A stretch of DNA of 64,000 nt from Bythopirellula sp. (GTDB lineage Bacteria; Planctomycetota; Planctomycetia; Pirellulales; Lacipirellulaceae). Both the position numbers and the translations under genes were made by a program. Positions 36,762-46,911 of this stretch are shown here, piece by piece. Numbering within the stretch: position 1 is the first letter of the stretch; each line of letters opens with the position of its first letter. The stretch is taken from assembly GCA_965216565.1 (NCBI GenBank), contig OZ244170.1, forward strand, positions 4,864,001 through 4,928,000, read 5' to 3'. The notes under the pieces are model-generated. The model was given only the letters and a program-made list of their open reading frames with translations. It had not been told where the DNA came from and did not search any database.

Positions 36762-38294
36762 TTAATTGAATAAGCGAAACCTGCCAATGTTTAAAACCAA
36801 TATACCGAGCCCGCTCAAAAGTAATCCCAGGCCTGCCGGTTCAGGGACTGCAAAAAGTGCTTGAAAGCCACCTAGCCCGTGTTCTGCAATATAGGCCTCC
36901 TGGAACAATCCAAAGTCCAGAATGCTATTCTCTCCATCCCCATCCAAATCGCCTCTTTCGTAAGCCTCCACCGGACTCAATCCACTCAGGTCCGTTTCTG
37001 CGCCGGCTATAAAAAGTAGCCAATCCTGTTCGTCGAGTGACTGATCGAAGTTGAGGTCGGCAAAAACCCGCAGTGTCTGTTCAAAAGCGAGACCAAAATT
37101 CTTGCCTAGATCCTGGAAACGATCGATGTTTTCCCCAGGAATAAACTGGGTTTCGAACGTCATGGTAAATTCGGCGTTGAGTTCGTCACGTCCAAACTTC
37201 TGCCCAGTAAAGTTGACGAGCGAAGCGTTGCTGGTGGTGACCGTTGGCTCAAGCTGCTGAACCGTCAACCAAAAAGGGTCTGCTTGGTAGTCGGGATGGA
37301 CAAACCCAAAGTGGCCATCCTTCCCCGATACCGTTGAGTGGAAATCAATAAAGTAATCCACGTCGCCCGCTGTGTCGGCCAACAATGCATCGCCGACAAC
37401 TTCGACATCGTCGAGGCCACCGTAATTCGGTGATATCCAGAAACGGTTCGGGTCGAGTGTTGAGTTCTGTACCGTGCTACGGTTGTAGCCGGCAAACCGT
37501 CCGTCAGGGTTCACCATGGGATAGATATAGAATTCCGCGTACTGCCGCAGTCGGCCTGCTTCTAAGTCATCGCTCAGCAAGAAGTCGACCAACCCTTCCA
37601 GTGTAAAGTTAGCCACAGTCTCGTTGGCATGGATGCCAGCCATGAGTCCTATTTTCTTTTTTGGACTAGTCGAGTTGGGATCGGTGATCTTGTAGCCATA
37701 AATATCAGTTGGTGTGATCGTGCGCCCGAGGTCGTCGACGCCGCCCGGGGATTGGCCGATGACCAACGACGAATTGCCGCTGAGCGTAGGAGTTGTCCAG
37801 GGGCTCGCCGCAACGGTCGCGGTGTGAGAGACCACCCGGCCGTTTGAATAGGGCAGTCCATAGGCAACGTAAACTTGGTTTTGAGTGAACGTGCTATTGT
37901 TGGAGAACGTGTAGGTGTCCTGTGCCGCATTGCGAGCGTTGTTGTCGAAGAACTGCCAGGTTTGTTGGTCGTAGCTGTAAACCATCTCGTGGTCATTGAG
38001 ATTGCTGTCGCCAGATGCGAAGTTATCGTCGATTTGAAACGTAGGCTGCAGACCATTGACATTGTCCGCAGAGAAATAGAGCCATTTCCAATCACCAGGA
38101 TTGAAGTTGTCGCGGCCGGCCAGATTCACCATGCTCCCGACGACCGAAGAATTGGCTTCATCCAGACTACCGTGGTCGAAATCGGCGTCGAGCGTGATTT
38201 GCCCCCAGGCACTGCTATTGCACAACAAAGCGACGCAAACGCAGGCGCAGAAAAAAGCAGATCCAAATCGGTGAGTGTTTTGTAGGCTTTGCAT
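36762..38294 (-). CDS. Secreted M14 zinc carboxypeptidase with dockerin-like repeats and PEP-CTERM
   Basis: GIHANE, PMVNPDG, DPNRFW, IDFHS and TFE; VPEP-TM. Start uncertain (38294 or 38321). Confidence 0.88.
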   Translation of the reverse strand: MQSLQNTHRFGSAFFCACVCVALLCNSSAWGQITLDADFDHGSLDEANSSVVGSMVNLAGRDNFNPGDWKWLYFSADNVNGLQPTFQIDDNFASGDSNLNDHEMVYSYDQQTWQFFDNNARNAAQDTYTFSNNSTFTQNQVYVAYGLPYSNGRVVSHTATVAASPWTTPTLSGNSSLVIGQSPGGVDDLGRTITPTDIYGYKITDPNSTSPKKKIGLMAGIHANETVANFTLEGLVDFLLSDDLEAGRLRQYAEFYIYPMVNPDGRFAGYNRSTVQNSTLDPNRFWISPNYGGLDDVEVVGDALLADTAGDVDYFIDFHSTVSGKDGHFGFVHPDYQADPFWLTVQQLEPTVTTSNASLVNFTGQKFGRDELNAEFTMTFETQFIPGENIDRFQDLGKNFGLAFEQTLRVFADLNFDQSLDEQDWLLFIAGAETDLSGLSPVEAYERGDLDGDGENSILDFGLFQEAYIAEHGLGGFQALFAVPEPAGLGLLLSGLGILVLNIGRFRLFN

Positions 38295-38304
38295 CTTAAA
38301 CGGA

Positions 38305-39999
38305 TTATTCTCCTGCGGCAAAGTTGGTGCGACGGGGGTCGGCTACGCCCACGAGCTTTCCATCCTCGCGGATGTGAGCGGCGTTTCCTCCACCAAAATA
38401 ATGACCATCGCGGGGCTTCTTCTTGAGCTGCCAACCACGAGACTCCAGTTGCTTCACCCAACTAGCATCTGCATCTTCTTCGTAGTCAATCACATTGGCT
38501 GCCTCAGCGGCTCGCAAAGGTCGACGCAAATGGAATCGCGATGCTCCAAAGGCATCGGCGAGCGAATCGCCTCGGTCCATCAGCCGCCACAGCAATTGAA
38601 GCGTTGTGGTCGGAATTCGCTGACCTCCTGGAATACCCAGCGTAAGCCACGGCTTGCCATCTTTCAAAGCAATAATAGGGGCGATGGTGCTCCGCGCTCG
38701 CTTTCCCGAATCGACGTGATTGACCGCTCCGCGATTGTGCGTCGCAAAGTTGCTGAGGCTATCGTTAAGGACGATCCCGGTACCAGGGGGAACAACACTT
38801 GCTCCGAAGTGGAGACTCAGCGATTGCGTGAGGCTGACCATGTTTCCTTGGCTATCTGCGACCACCAGATGGGAAGTGCTTGCCGATGGACTTGCTTCCA
38901 AAGTTGTTTCCGTCTCTTTCAACTTGCCTCGCTTGTCGTAAGGCTGTTCTGGATTGAGGCCTTTGGCGAGCTCGGAGTATTTGCGGACACTATTGTCGTC
39001 CATGAGAAACTCGCAAGCGTTACGCGCGAGAAACACGTCGGCTACGGTATCTCGAATCGCAGGATAGTAGCATTGCAGTGCGCGGCACATTCCATCAGTG
39101 AATGCAGCATGATCTTGGATGCTCTCAGAGTGCATTGCTTCCAGGCACTTCAAAACCGAGAGCACTGTCACCCCACCCGTTAGCGGCGGCGGACACGAAT
39201 AGATCTTGAAACCGCGATAGTCGATCTCCAGAGGCTGGCCGTATTCTGCTCGATAACTTTGGAAATCTTCCCTGCTGAGGTCCGAACCATTCTTGCGAGC
39301 AGCAGACACTATTAGCTCGGCAATCTCGCCTTGGTAAAATGCATCGGCACCACCGGCAGCTATTTTGTTTAAGGTGTCTGCAAGATCGGCATTCTTCATG
39401 ACAGCACCCACCGGCGGCGCCTTGCCATTCGCTAGGTAGAGGCTTGCTGCCTGTTCGTCCCGTTTTAGGTATTTCACTTTCGGGAGAATATTGCCGCGCA
39501 TGACGGCGTTGATTTCTACGCCTTCCTCAGCTAGTTTTGCTGCCGGCTTCACCAAGTCCGACCAGGGTAAGGACCCCCATCGCCGGAAGGCTTCGTCCAA
39601 CCCTGCCACCAACCCCGGCACGCCTACAGCTTTGTATCCGTACTTTCGTTCGCTGGACGAAAGCTGAATGAACTCCAAATCGTCTAGCTCGGCAGGCGAA
39701 GTACACAGGGCGACAATCGAATGGACTTCACCCGTCGCTCCATCGCGATAGAGCATGATGAGCTTGCCGCCTAGTCCGGAACCGTACGGTTCCGCCACGC
39801 CTAGTGCGAAGGAAGTGGCAATGGCCGCGTCGATGACGTTGCCACCGTCACGTAACACCTGCAGGCCAATCTCTGAGGCTTCGCGATGGCCACTGGCAAC
39901 TACGAACTTCTCTGCCACTACCGATTGCTGACCGATAGCCGGTCGGGCAGAGATACACCCTGCGGCAAAGATTGCAAACAGAAAAAGAAGACGATACAT
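38305..39999 (-). CDS. ggt: Gamma-glutamyltransferase-family protein (secreted)
   Basis: GGNVIDAAIA, EPYGSGLGG, VGVPG, nucleophile TSHLVVAD, FGASVV..GIVLND, DPRR. Signal peptide from ATG 39999. Confidence 0.92.
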   Translation of the reverse strand: MYRLLFLFAIFAAGCISARPAIGQQSVVAEKFVVASGHREASEIGLQVLRDGGNVIDAAIATSFALGVAEPYGSGLGGKLIMLYRDGATGEVHSIVALCTSPAELDDLEFIQLSSSERKYGYKAVGVPGLVAGLDEAFRRWGSLPWSDLVKPAAKLAEEGVEINAVMRGNILPKVKYLKRDEQAASLYLANGKAPPVGAVMKNADLADTLNKIAAGGADAFYQGEIAELIVSAARKNGSDLSREDFQSYRAEYGQPLEIDYRGFKIYSCPPPLTGGVTVLSVLKCLEAMHSESIQDHAAFTDGMCRALQCYYPAIRDTVADVFLARNACEFLMDDNSVRKYSELAKGLNPEQPYDKRGKLKETETTLEASPSASTSHLVVADSQGNMVSLTQSLSLHFGASVVPPGTGIVLNDSLSNFATHNRGAVNHVDSGKRARSTIAPIIALKDGKPWLTLGIPGGQRIPTTTLQLLWRLMDRGDSLADAFGASRFHLRRPLRAAEAANVIDYEEDADASWVKQLESRGWQLKKKPRDGHYFGGGNAAHIREDGKLVGVADPRRTNFAAGE

Positions 40000-40112
40000 A
40001 GCCAATTCTCTAGCGGCCCTGAACAGAGAACCGGGGCTCATGCACTAAATGCACGAGCCCCGGATAGAAAGCAAGTGTGTCTCGGTAATTAGGTCTAACT
40101 ACCGAGCAATTC

Positions 40113-40928
40113 TCACGAGCGTCGTCTCGAAGCGATGAAGCCGAGAAAGCCCAGCGTCGACAAAAGCATGGTCGCGGGTTCTGGGACCTTTGCGAGGTAC
40201 ACGCGATCAATTAGTACATTGTCATCAGCAAGGTTGTTATTGAGAACCATGCGAAAACCTCTAATTGTGTCTCGCCCAGGAGCAATCACCCCTCCCCCAA
40301 GCGTCGTGAAATTGCTACCACCATCTGTCGAAAAGTGGACTTCGAAACTCTCGTTTGACAAGTCAGCGTCGACGACACCGATGAATGTAGTGCTTTGAGT
40401 CAAGCTGAGATTCGCCGACGCCGTGTCACTGGACCCCGAGCCAACTCCATTACCGAAGATCGTGACAGTATTATCGTCTTCGCGCTGGATCTCGAACTCT
40501 GCAACAACAAAAGAACTGCGTGGATCATTTTGCATCAGCGAGATGCGTAGTTCTTCGTTCTCGGAAGTATCAAGCGCATTAGGATCAAAATCCCAAGTCA
40601 CTTCCATCACGCCAAAAACGCGCTGGCCAGGATTGGCAAAAATATCTGCATTGTTGACGTAGTTAGTGCCAAATCCATCATTGTTCTTTAGTGAGGCGTT
40701 CAGTTGACCTGAACCATTCGTTGCAACGTCGAGCGTATCAGAATCCTCGTCCCACGGGTTGCTGGTCACGTTGTTGGCGACCGCTGTCAGAACCGTACCA
40801 TTCGGATCGCCGAATAAGAATTCTTCCAAGATTACCGCGTTTCCTAAATCGGTAATAATATCCGCGTTTGAGGCTTGTACACCTAACACGGTGAGTACAA
40901 TCGCTGCAGAAAAAATGTAACGGCTCAT
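40113..40928 (-). CDS. Secreted PEP-CTERM protein sharing its domain with both halves of 33784-36732
   Basis: SD GAGGGGAG before ATG 40928; WDEDSD..KNNDGFGTNY matches WDEDTT..KDNEGFGTNY; VPEP-TM-RRRS. Confidence 0.9.
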   Translation of the reverse strand: MSRYIFSAAIVLTVLGVQASNADIITDLGNAVILEEFLFGDPNGTVLTAVANNVTSNPWDEDSDTLDVATNGSGQLNASLKNNDGFGTNYVNNADIFANPGQRVFGVMEVTWDFDPNALDTSENEELRISLMQNDPRSSFVVAEFEIQREDDNTVTIFGNGVGSGSSDTASANLSLTQSTTFIGVVDADLSNESFEVHFSTDGGSNFTTLGGGVIAPGRDTIRGFRMVLNNNLADDNVLIDRVYLAKVPEPATMLLSTLGFLGFIASRRRS

Positions 40929-41451
40929 TAACATCTCCCCTCGATAAAGAGTTTCTAGAAAAGTAGGTGGCAATGCCGCTTGCGGATTGCAGGTAGTGCA
41001 GGCCCACTTTACGGATTGTGTTTTCCAATAGATATGGCCCTAGTATAGCGACCTGCTTCGTAATCGTTGAACAGAAACCGACAATTTCGGTTTTGGGCTC
41101 ATACTGGCATCGCGAAAATATGTTACATCAAATTGACTGTATGAAGTTAGAGAAACCTAGCAGGGAATAGCTAAATGATTATTCTCCAACCACTTGCAGC
41201 GATCGGCCCGGCTTCACGCTGAGGCTAGGCTCAGAAGTTGCCCAACTTCAGCCTCTCTACTCTGTACCAAGACAAACGCCCAGCTTCTTGCTACTTTTCG
41301 AGCCAGCATCTGTATCCCGGTATCCTCCGGCAATGCTACAATCAGTGCAGGGCACAGAGGAACAGGCAACGCTCTATCCCCCATCAAGCAATTGACGACA
41401 ACGTTCGTTGTTTGAAGTGGGTCCGTCAATTCTCCTTAGAAGCGAGCACGA

Positions 41452-42600
41452 ATGATGCTATCTCTGTCTACGCCCAGGCGTCGTGGTTTTACGCTTGTCG
41501 AGTTATTAGTTGTCATCGCCATCATCGGTGTTCTGGTGGCACTATTACTCCCCGCGGTGCAAGCCGCTCGCGAGGCGGCACGTCGCACGCAGTGCATCAA
41601 CAACTTGCACAACTTGGGTCTCTCGGTGCAAAACTACGAAAGCACCCACAAGACCATCCCGCCTTCGGAAGTCCGGGAAGGCCTTGATGCAACCAGCTTC
41701 GAGGATGGTACCGGTGCCAGCAGCCGACGAGTTAAAACCCTATTCAGCTGGGTGACCTTATTGATGCCTTACATTGAAGAGGCCAATACATTCAACGTCA
41801 CCGATTGGCGAGTTCGGCTGGAAGAACGAAACCGCAACGACGATACTTCTCATCACATCGTGCTGAGTGTTTTTTCCTGTCCGTCGGAAGCCAACCAAGC
41901 ATCCGAGATTGGTGTCGTTAACGACTTTTACGGTGCCCGCGGCAACTATGTAGCGAATTCCGGGCGAGGGTACTACTACGCCAAAGACCTCACGCCGCAG
42001 CAGGCAATTGGGAATTGGGAAGACTCGGTTAGGTCGAACCCCAACCTCAACCCTTTATCAGTACGTCCGGCGATAGGCAGAGTTCACATGACCGGATTAG
42101 GGGCCTTTGTGGTTTCGGGACTAGTTTCCCAACCAAATGCAAATGCCGACGACCCGGTTACGGGCCGCGCAAAAGGCAGAAAGCTAAGCGAATTCACCGA
42201 CGGCACAAGTAACACGGCAGCAATCAGCGAACTAAGCTTGGTGCCGGACAGAGATACCCGAGGAGCCATGCATTTCGGTCCCGGCGCACTGTACATGCAC
42301 GATTGGCCGCCTAATGCCGCCATCGGTCAACGCAACCAATATAATGGCTTGCAGATTCAAGACTGGACACGGTACTGTGCCAATGATGTTGCCGAGAGCT
42401 TTGCTCCCTGTCGGGCAACTTCGGCAGGCGACTGGAGCGGACTTTGGCATCAGCTTGCCCGTAGTTACCACACCGGCGGCGTCGTCGTAGCCATGGCAGA
42501 CGCTTCCACTCAATTCGTTTCCGACGATATTGATGTCTTTGCCTGGCACGCACTGGCAAGTCCCAACGGCGAGGAACTCGTCGACGCAAGCCAGTTCTGA
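41452..42600 (+). CDS. DUF1559 prepilin-type protein
   Basis: [43 protein letters not shown]. Confidence 0.95.
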   Translation: MMLSLSTPRRRGFTLVELLVVIAIIGVLVALLLPAVQAAREAARRTQCINNLHNLGLSVQNYESTHKTIPPSEVREGLDATSFEDGTGASSRRVKTLFSWVTLLMPYIEEANTFNVTDWRVRLEERNRNDDTSHHIVLSVFSCPSEANQASEIGVVNDFYGARGNYVANSGRGYYYAKDLTPQQAIGNWEDSVRSNPNLNPLSVRPAIGRVHMTGLGAFVVSGLVSQPNANADDPVTGRAKGRKLSEFTDGTSNTAAISELSLVPDRDTRGAMHFGPGALYMHDWPPNAAIGQRNQYNGLQIQDWTRYCANDVAESFAPCRATSAGDWSGLWHQLARSYHTGGVVVAMADASTQFVSDDIDVFAWHALASPNGEELVDASQF

Positions 42601-42698
42601 TCACCTCGGTTTCAATGGGCCACCTTCAAAGCCGAATTGTGTCGGACACCGTCTGATGCGTATCAGGTTTCTCACTTTTGGAAAAAGGCAAATCACAA

Positions 42699-43133
42699 GT
42701 GATACGGATAGTTGCTTGCTTCTTTATTCTCTTCACCTGCGGGTGCGGTCCTAGCGGCCCCGAACAGTTTGCCATTAGCGGCCAGGTAACCTACGACGGC
42801 CAACCCGTCGACAATGGCGACATTGGTTTCATACCCGGCGATGGTTCCGCGGCGAAAACGGTTGGTGCAGACTTGGTCGATGGCCGATACGAAGTGCCCG
42901 CGTACGAAGGCCCGCAAGCCGGCAAATACAAGGTAGTGATCTTCGCCGAACGGCCCAATGGTCGCAGAGTCCAAGCCGACGAAGGAAGCGACGAAATGAT
43001 CGACCAAATGGAGCAGTACATACCGGACCAATACAACGCGAAGTCCACACTCTCGGTAGAGATATCCAGCAACCGAGAAGACCTCGACTTCCAACTAGAA
43101 AAGCCAAAACGAGGCAAACGAAACCGTCGCTAA
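42699..43133 (+). CDS. Putative lipoprotein of the type that commonly follows DUF1559 genes
   Basis: Lipobox-like FTCGCG, ISGQVTYDGQPV, GKYKVVI, IPDQYNAKSTL. Confidence 0.85.
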   Translation: MIRIVACFFILFTCGCGPSGPEQFAISGQVTYDGQPVDNGDIGFIPGDGSAAKTVGADLVDGRYEVPAYEGPQAGKYKVVIFAERPNGRRVQADEGSDEMIDQMEQYIPDQYNAKSTLSVEISSNREDLDFQLEKPKRGKRNRR

Positions 43134-43163
43134 AAAGAGCTGCCACAGTAGCATGAGAAGAAG

Positions 43164-43236
43164 TGCTCCCTCTAGGACTCGAACCTAGAACCTATTGATT
43201 AAGAGTCAATTGCTCTGCCAATTGAGCTAAGGGAGC
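43164..43236 (-). tRNA. tRNA-Lys (anticodon CTT)
   Basis: GCTCCCT acceptor stem, D arm AGCTCAATTGGCAGAGC, anticodon arm ATTGA-CTCTTAA-TCAAT, T loop GTTCGAGTC. CCA is not encoded. Confidence 0.96.
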
Positions 43237-43542
43237 TGCCGATGTCTTGGGCATTGTAACCGACTGCCCCGATCGGCTTCTAGCCCCCGTTTCTACAGGT
43301 TCTTTGGTCCCTCGCCGCGAGGCTCGGGACCCTTTGCGGTGCTTCTTTGCTTGCTTCCCGGTGCGCTTCGTCAATTCGCCTTCTGCCTTGATGGCCAGCG
43401 CGTGGACTTGTCGGGACTAGCCTCGGTTCTAGAGTACGTGCTGTAGGGAATGCGACTAATGGTGTTTCTAATCAAATTGGCTGTGTAGCCTAGCGACAGT
43501 TTTAACGATAAGCGAAACCCAATCTGCGGATTTGGACAATCT

Positions 43543-44142
43543 ATGAGCAAGAAAAAGATGTCAACCATTATCGTCTTCGGCTTTGCCTTCCTCTTGATCT
43601 ATCTGGCTTGGAAGAACTTTACCAGGCAGGGTTACGAGTCGGCAGAGTACAGTGTCGTCGAATCGGCAGGGGCTTTCGAGATTCGTAAGTACCCGGACTT
43701 AGTGCTTGTCAAAACCAAAATGAAACCATCTAGCCAGGGCGATGATGGCGGATTTATGAAGCTATTCGGATATATCAGCGGTGAAAACGAAGCAGAAGAA
43801 AAGATCGCAATGACTACCCCGGTTTTTATGGAGCAACCCTCAGAAAACAGTGCGGGGTCGATGGGGTTTGTAATGCCGAGCAGTCAAGCAGATTCTGTAC
43901 CCAAGCCTACCAATGAGGACGTCCGTGTTGGTCGACGCGAAGGGGGCCTGTTCGCCGTTTATCGGTTTGCAGGGGAAATGGACGACGCGTCGCTGGCCTC
44001 TGCTGAGCAAAAATTGAGAGAATGGATCAAGAGTAAAGATCTTCGGCCAGTTGGCAACGCAGAACGGGCGGGTTACGATCCGCCATTCACGCCCGGTTTT
44101 CTACGACGTAATGAAATACTGGTCCGCCTGGAACAGAAGTGA
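43543..44142 (+). CDS. SOUL/heme-binding family protein
   Basis: FEIRKYP, GFMKLFGYISGEN, KIAMTTPV, YDPPFTPGFLRRNEI. Confidence 0.92.
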   Translation: MSKKKMSTIIVFGFAFLLIYLAWKNFTRQGYESAEYSVVESAGAFEIRKYPDLVLVKTKMKPSSQGDDGGFMKLFGYISGENEAEEKIAMTTPVFMEQPSENSAGSMGFVMPSSQADSVPKPTNEDVRVGRREGGLFAVYRFAGEMDDASLASAEQKLREWIKSKDLRPVGNAERAGYDPPFTPGFLRRNEILVRLEQK

Positions 44143-44164
44143 GAGCTCGCTTGTAGCAAATGGC

Positions 44165-44298
44165 TAGAAGCAGTTTCAAAAACCGAATACAGTTCTATGT
44201 GAGCCGAACGCGCTAGCGTCGGGTAGCACTAGAACAACACTTAGAATACGCTACCCGCGGCTAGCGCCGCCGGCTCATTGATTTGTAAACTGCTTTTA
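44165..44298. repeat. REP-like palindromic element between convergent genes
   Basis: Outer inverted repeat AAGCAGTTT/AAACTGCTT; inner arms TGAGCCG..CGCTAGC..GGGTAGC / GCTACCCGCGGCTAGCGCCGCCGGCTCA. Confidence 0.75.
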
Positions 44299-45453
44299 GT
44301 CGATGCGCGACATGCGGCGGACGAAGTCGTCTCGGAGAGCCTCGTAATCGTCGCCGAAGTGTTTCTGAAAATCGGCAAGACGTGTTTGGGGTTTATCCAC
44401 GGCTAGCTGAGGTTTTTCGCTTATCGTCTTGAGATAGGCCACGTACTTTTCCGGGTGCCATTTGATTAAGAAATAAGTCCACGCCCAGGCCTCGGCATAG
44501 GCATCCACCGCGGTGCGCGAGGTTGAGATCCGCTCGTCGTTGGCGATCAGACTACGGAGATCGCCCGCTTTTCCGTTATTCGCGTTCTGGCGGAATCGAT
44601 CCCACCGGGAATAGTTCACTTTGCCAATGCCCGTCCAACTGCGGTTGCTCTTGAGGTCGGGCGTTTCGAAGAACACGGCCAAACCTTCGCTCAACCAGGC
44701 CGGGTTGTCTGCCAGGCGTTTTTGCAATCCGCTGTTGTACGAAATCTGATGGGTGGCTTCGTGGACGATCGTTGCGACCAACGGCTCGGCAGCCCGTTGG
44801 GATAAGAGCCGCGAGATATCGTGCATCGATCCACGTCGGCTGTTTTGCTTGCGGAGTTGCTGCATGCCGGTGAGATCGTACATGGCGATGCGATTTGTCA
44901 GAATACTGTAATAGCCGATGGCGTTGCCGAGCCCGGTACCGAGCTCCGCTTTCGCATAGCGTTCGTACGATTGGCGATCGCTAAACACGAGTACCACCAA
45001 GGGCTCTTCGGGCTCGTGAACGTCGCAACCTTTTTTCTTCCAGTAGGCGATGAATGCTTTCTGCAGACGTTCTAAGAGAGAGCTGCACCACTTGGCATAG
45101 GTGCGGGTGGTGTTGTACGCGATCACGTAGTGCTTAGATTCATGGATTTGAAACCCGGTGCCAAATTCATCGAGCAGCCGCTCGGCAAGCTGCTCCTTGT
45201 CGAGCCGCTCGAATGGTTCGGAGTCGCTCGTGCGTTTCTTCAGGTCGTGGACGTGGATCGGCCATAGACCTCCTTCGTCGGACTCTAGCAGCACACTGCC
45301 GGCCGAATCTTCTACAAGCACTTTGCCCTTGAGTTCGAGCTGATGACCACGAACGTTGGCCAACACATGTTCAACGGCGCGAACCGAGACGCAGGGCCCG
45401 AGCACGATGCCGACACTCACTAAGCCGAGAAGGACTAGGTTTCCAAACTTCAT
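44296..45453 (-). CDS. DUF1570-like putative zinc peptidase, secreted
   Basis: Signal peptide; HEATHQ..WLSEGLA..AYAEAWA. Start is 45453 or 45474. Confidence 0.85.
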   Translation of the reverse strand: MKFGNLVLLGLVSVGIVLGPCVSVRAVEHVLANVRGHQLELKGKVLVEDSAGSVLLESDEGGLWPIHVHDLKKRTSDSEPFERLDKEQLAERLLDEFGTGFQIHESKHYVIAYNTTRTYAKWCSSLLERLQKAFIAYWKKKGCDVHEPEEPLVVLVFSDRQSYERYAKAELGTGLGNAIGYYSILTNRIAMYDLTGMQQLRKQNSRRGSMHDISRLLSQRAAEPLVATIVHEATHQISYNSGLQKRLADNPAWLSEGLAVFFETPDLKSNRSWTGIGKVNYSRWDRFRQNANNGKAGDLRSLIANDERISTSRTAVDAYAEAWAWTYFLIKWHPEKYVAYLKTISEKPQLAVDKPQTRLADFQKHFGDDYEALRDDFVRRMSRID

Positions 45454-45470
45454 GCCACGATCGGGAGGAA

Positions 45471-46595
45471 TCAATAGTCGGAGTCAGATAGTGGAGGCTG
45501 GGTGAAGAATTGATTCATAACATCATTCTGCGCAGAAGTTTGTCCATGATACTGCGCTTTACGACCATTCGGCGTCATCAGTTGCTGGTACACGCGGTAT
45601 TCGATTCCATTAGAAATCGATTTCACATTGCCACCGGCAAACGCGGCATTGAACAAGTCGTTGTGCTCACTAGCCGGCCTCGCGAAGACTTGACCCAACG
45701 CTGTGTATCCATTTCGAGGCTCTTCCGTGACTCGACCAATCCGTTCTTGGATACGTGCGCTAGGATCGTTGGGGCTATTGGGTGCGTAAACCCAAACCAT
45801 TCCGAAGGGCTGCTCTGTCTGTTGTGCAACTTCTCGGGTCACTGAGCCCTGGTAGAACGCAGAGGACCGAAGCCAAGATATGTTGACGATGTCAAAACCT
45901 ACTTCGTCTTTGTTAGAATTCTCAGAGATCATCAGTGTGTTGGCAGCTCCGTCTTTGACGTCCGCGGTGCGAACTTTTGGGCCCTTCATGTCTTGAGGGT
46001 TGCTGTCCTGAGTCAACTGATTGTGGCACAGCCCATTGGTGGAGTAATCGCTAGCGGGAACATTGGAACTGGGCGCCCAATCTGGGATGCCTGAATTCAC
46101 TACATAGTGCAACGCAGCCGAGTCGGCTTGCGCTGACCGATTACTGGGACAAAGGTAAACGTCTAATTGCGGCAATCCTACGTCAGGCCCGGTGCCGGCA
46201 TCTGTTTGCAGCTGTAACTCGCCTGCCAGCAAGGAGTCCCAAAGGGTCTGGTTGTCCATTTGAGGAAGCAAGCGTGCAGCCCAGCTAATGTCGACGTCAC
46301 GAACATTGGATGTCAGCGGATAGAGGTCAGCGGAGTTGGAATCGATTCTACGAGTTTGCAGCATAGCGGGATAAACGCCATCACCACTCGAGGTAAAGCT
46401 GACCATCGCCTTGGCCATTTGGCTCAAGTTGTTAGCACATTGATTTTGCCAGGCTCGTTCTCGTGCTGCGTTCACCGCCGGCAACAACAGTCCCATGAGT
46501 AGCCCGATGATGGTGATGACCACCAGCAATTCGACGAGCGTGAAACCTGCTCTGCTCTTGGGAATCGAAGTTTGATGATTGAGGGAGTGCGTCAT
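45471..46595 (-). CDS. DUF1559 prepilin-type protein (divergent variant)
   Basis: [59 protein letters not shown]. Confidence 0.9.
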   Translation of the reverse strand: MTHSLNHQTSIPKSRAGFTLVELLVVITIIGLLMGLLLPAVNAARERAWQNQCANNLSQMAKAMVSFTSSGDGVYPAMLQTRRIDSNSADLYPLTSNVRDVDISWAARLLPQMDNQTLWDSLLAGELQLQTDAGTGPDVGLPQLDVYLCPSNRSAQADSAALHYVVNSGIPDWAPSSNVPASDYSTNGLCHNQLTQDSNPQDMKGPKVRTADVKDGAANTLMISENSNKDEVGFDIVNISWLRSSAFYQGSVTREVAQQTEQPFGMVWVYAPNSPNDPSARIQERIGRVTEEPRNGYTALGQVFARPASEHNDLFNAAFAGGNVKSISNGIEYRVYQQLMTPNGRKAQYHGQTSAQNDVMNQFFTQPPLSDSDY

Positions 46596-46911
46596 CGAAA
46601 AGACCTCCTCGCGAAAAGCGAATGTTCTGTTCCACCACCTAGATCAAGCCTCGTCAGAACCGATAGTGAAAACCGGTAGAGCTAGGTGTCATTTGTTCTA
46701 CCTCCAATTATCACCGAAAACAGGCAAAAATACCAGCATCGGTCCAGAGAGACTGTAGACTTCGAGGCTTAGGGACTTTGAGGGTGGGTGTTGACAGCGG
46801 AATCTAGTGCAAACCGTTTTCTCGAGCTTTTGCGACTCCTCGTCTGAAAAGCGAGGAATCAATGCCTTGTGCCCCTCGTAGCCTCAAAGCCTCCGGTCTC
46901 GAACCCCGCTA

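Noticed and set aside
38275..39183. 302-aa plus-strand ORF
   Set aside because: Antisense shadow of ggt with no recognisable motifs.
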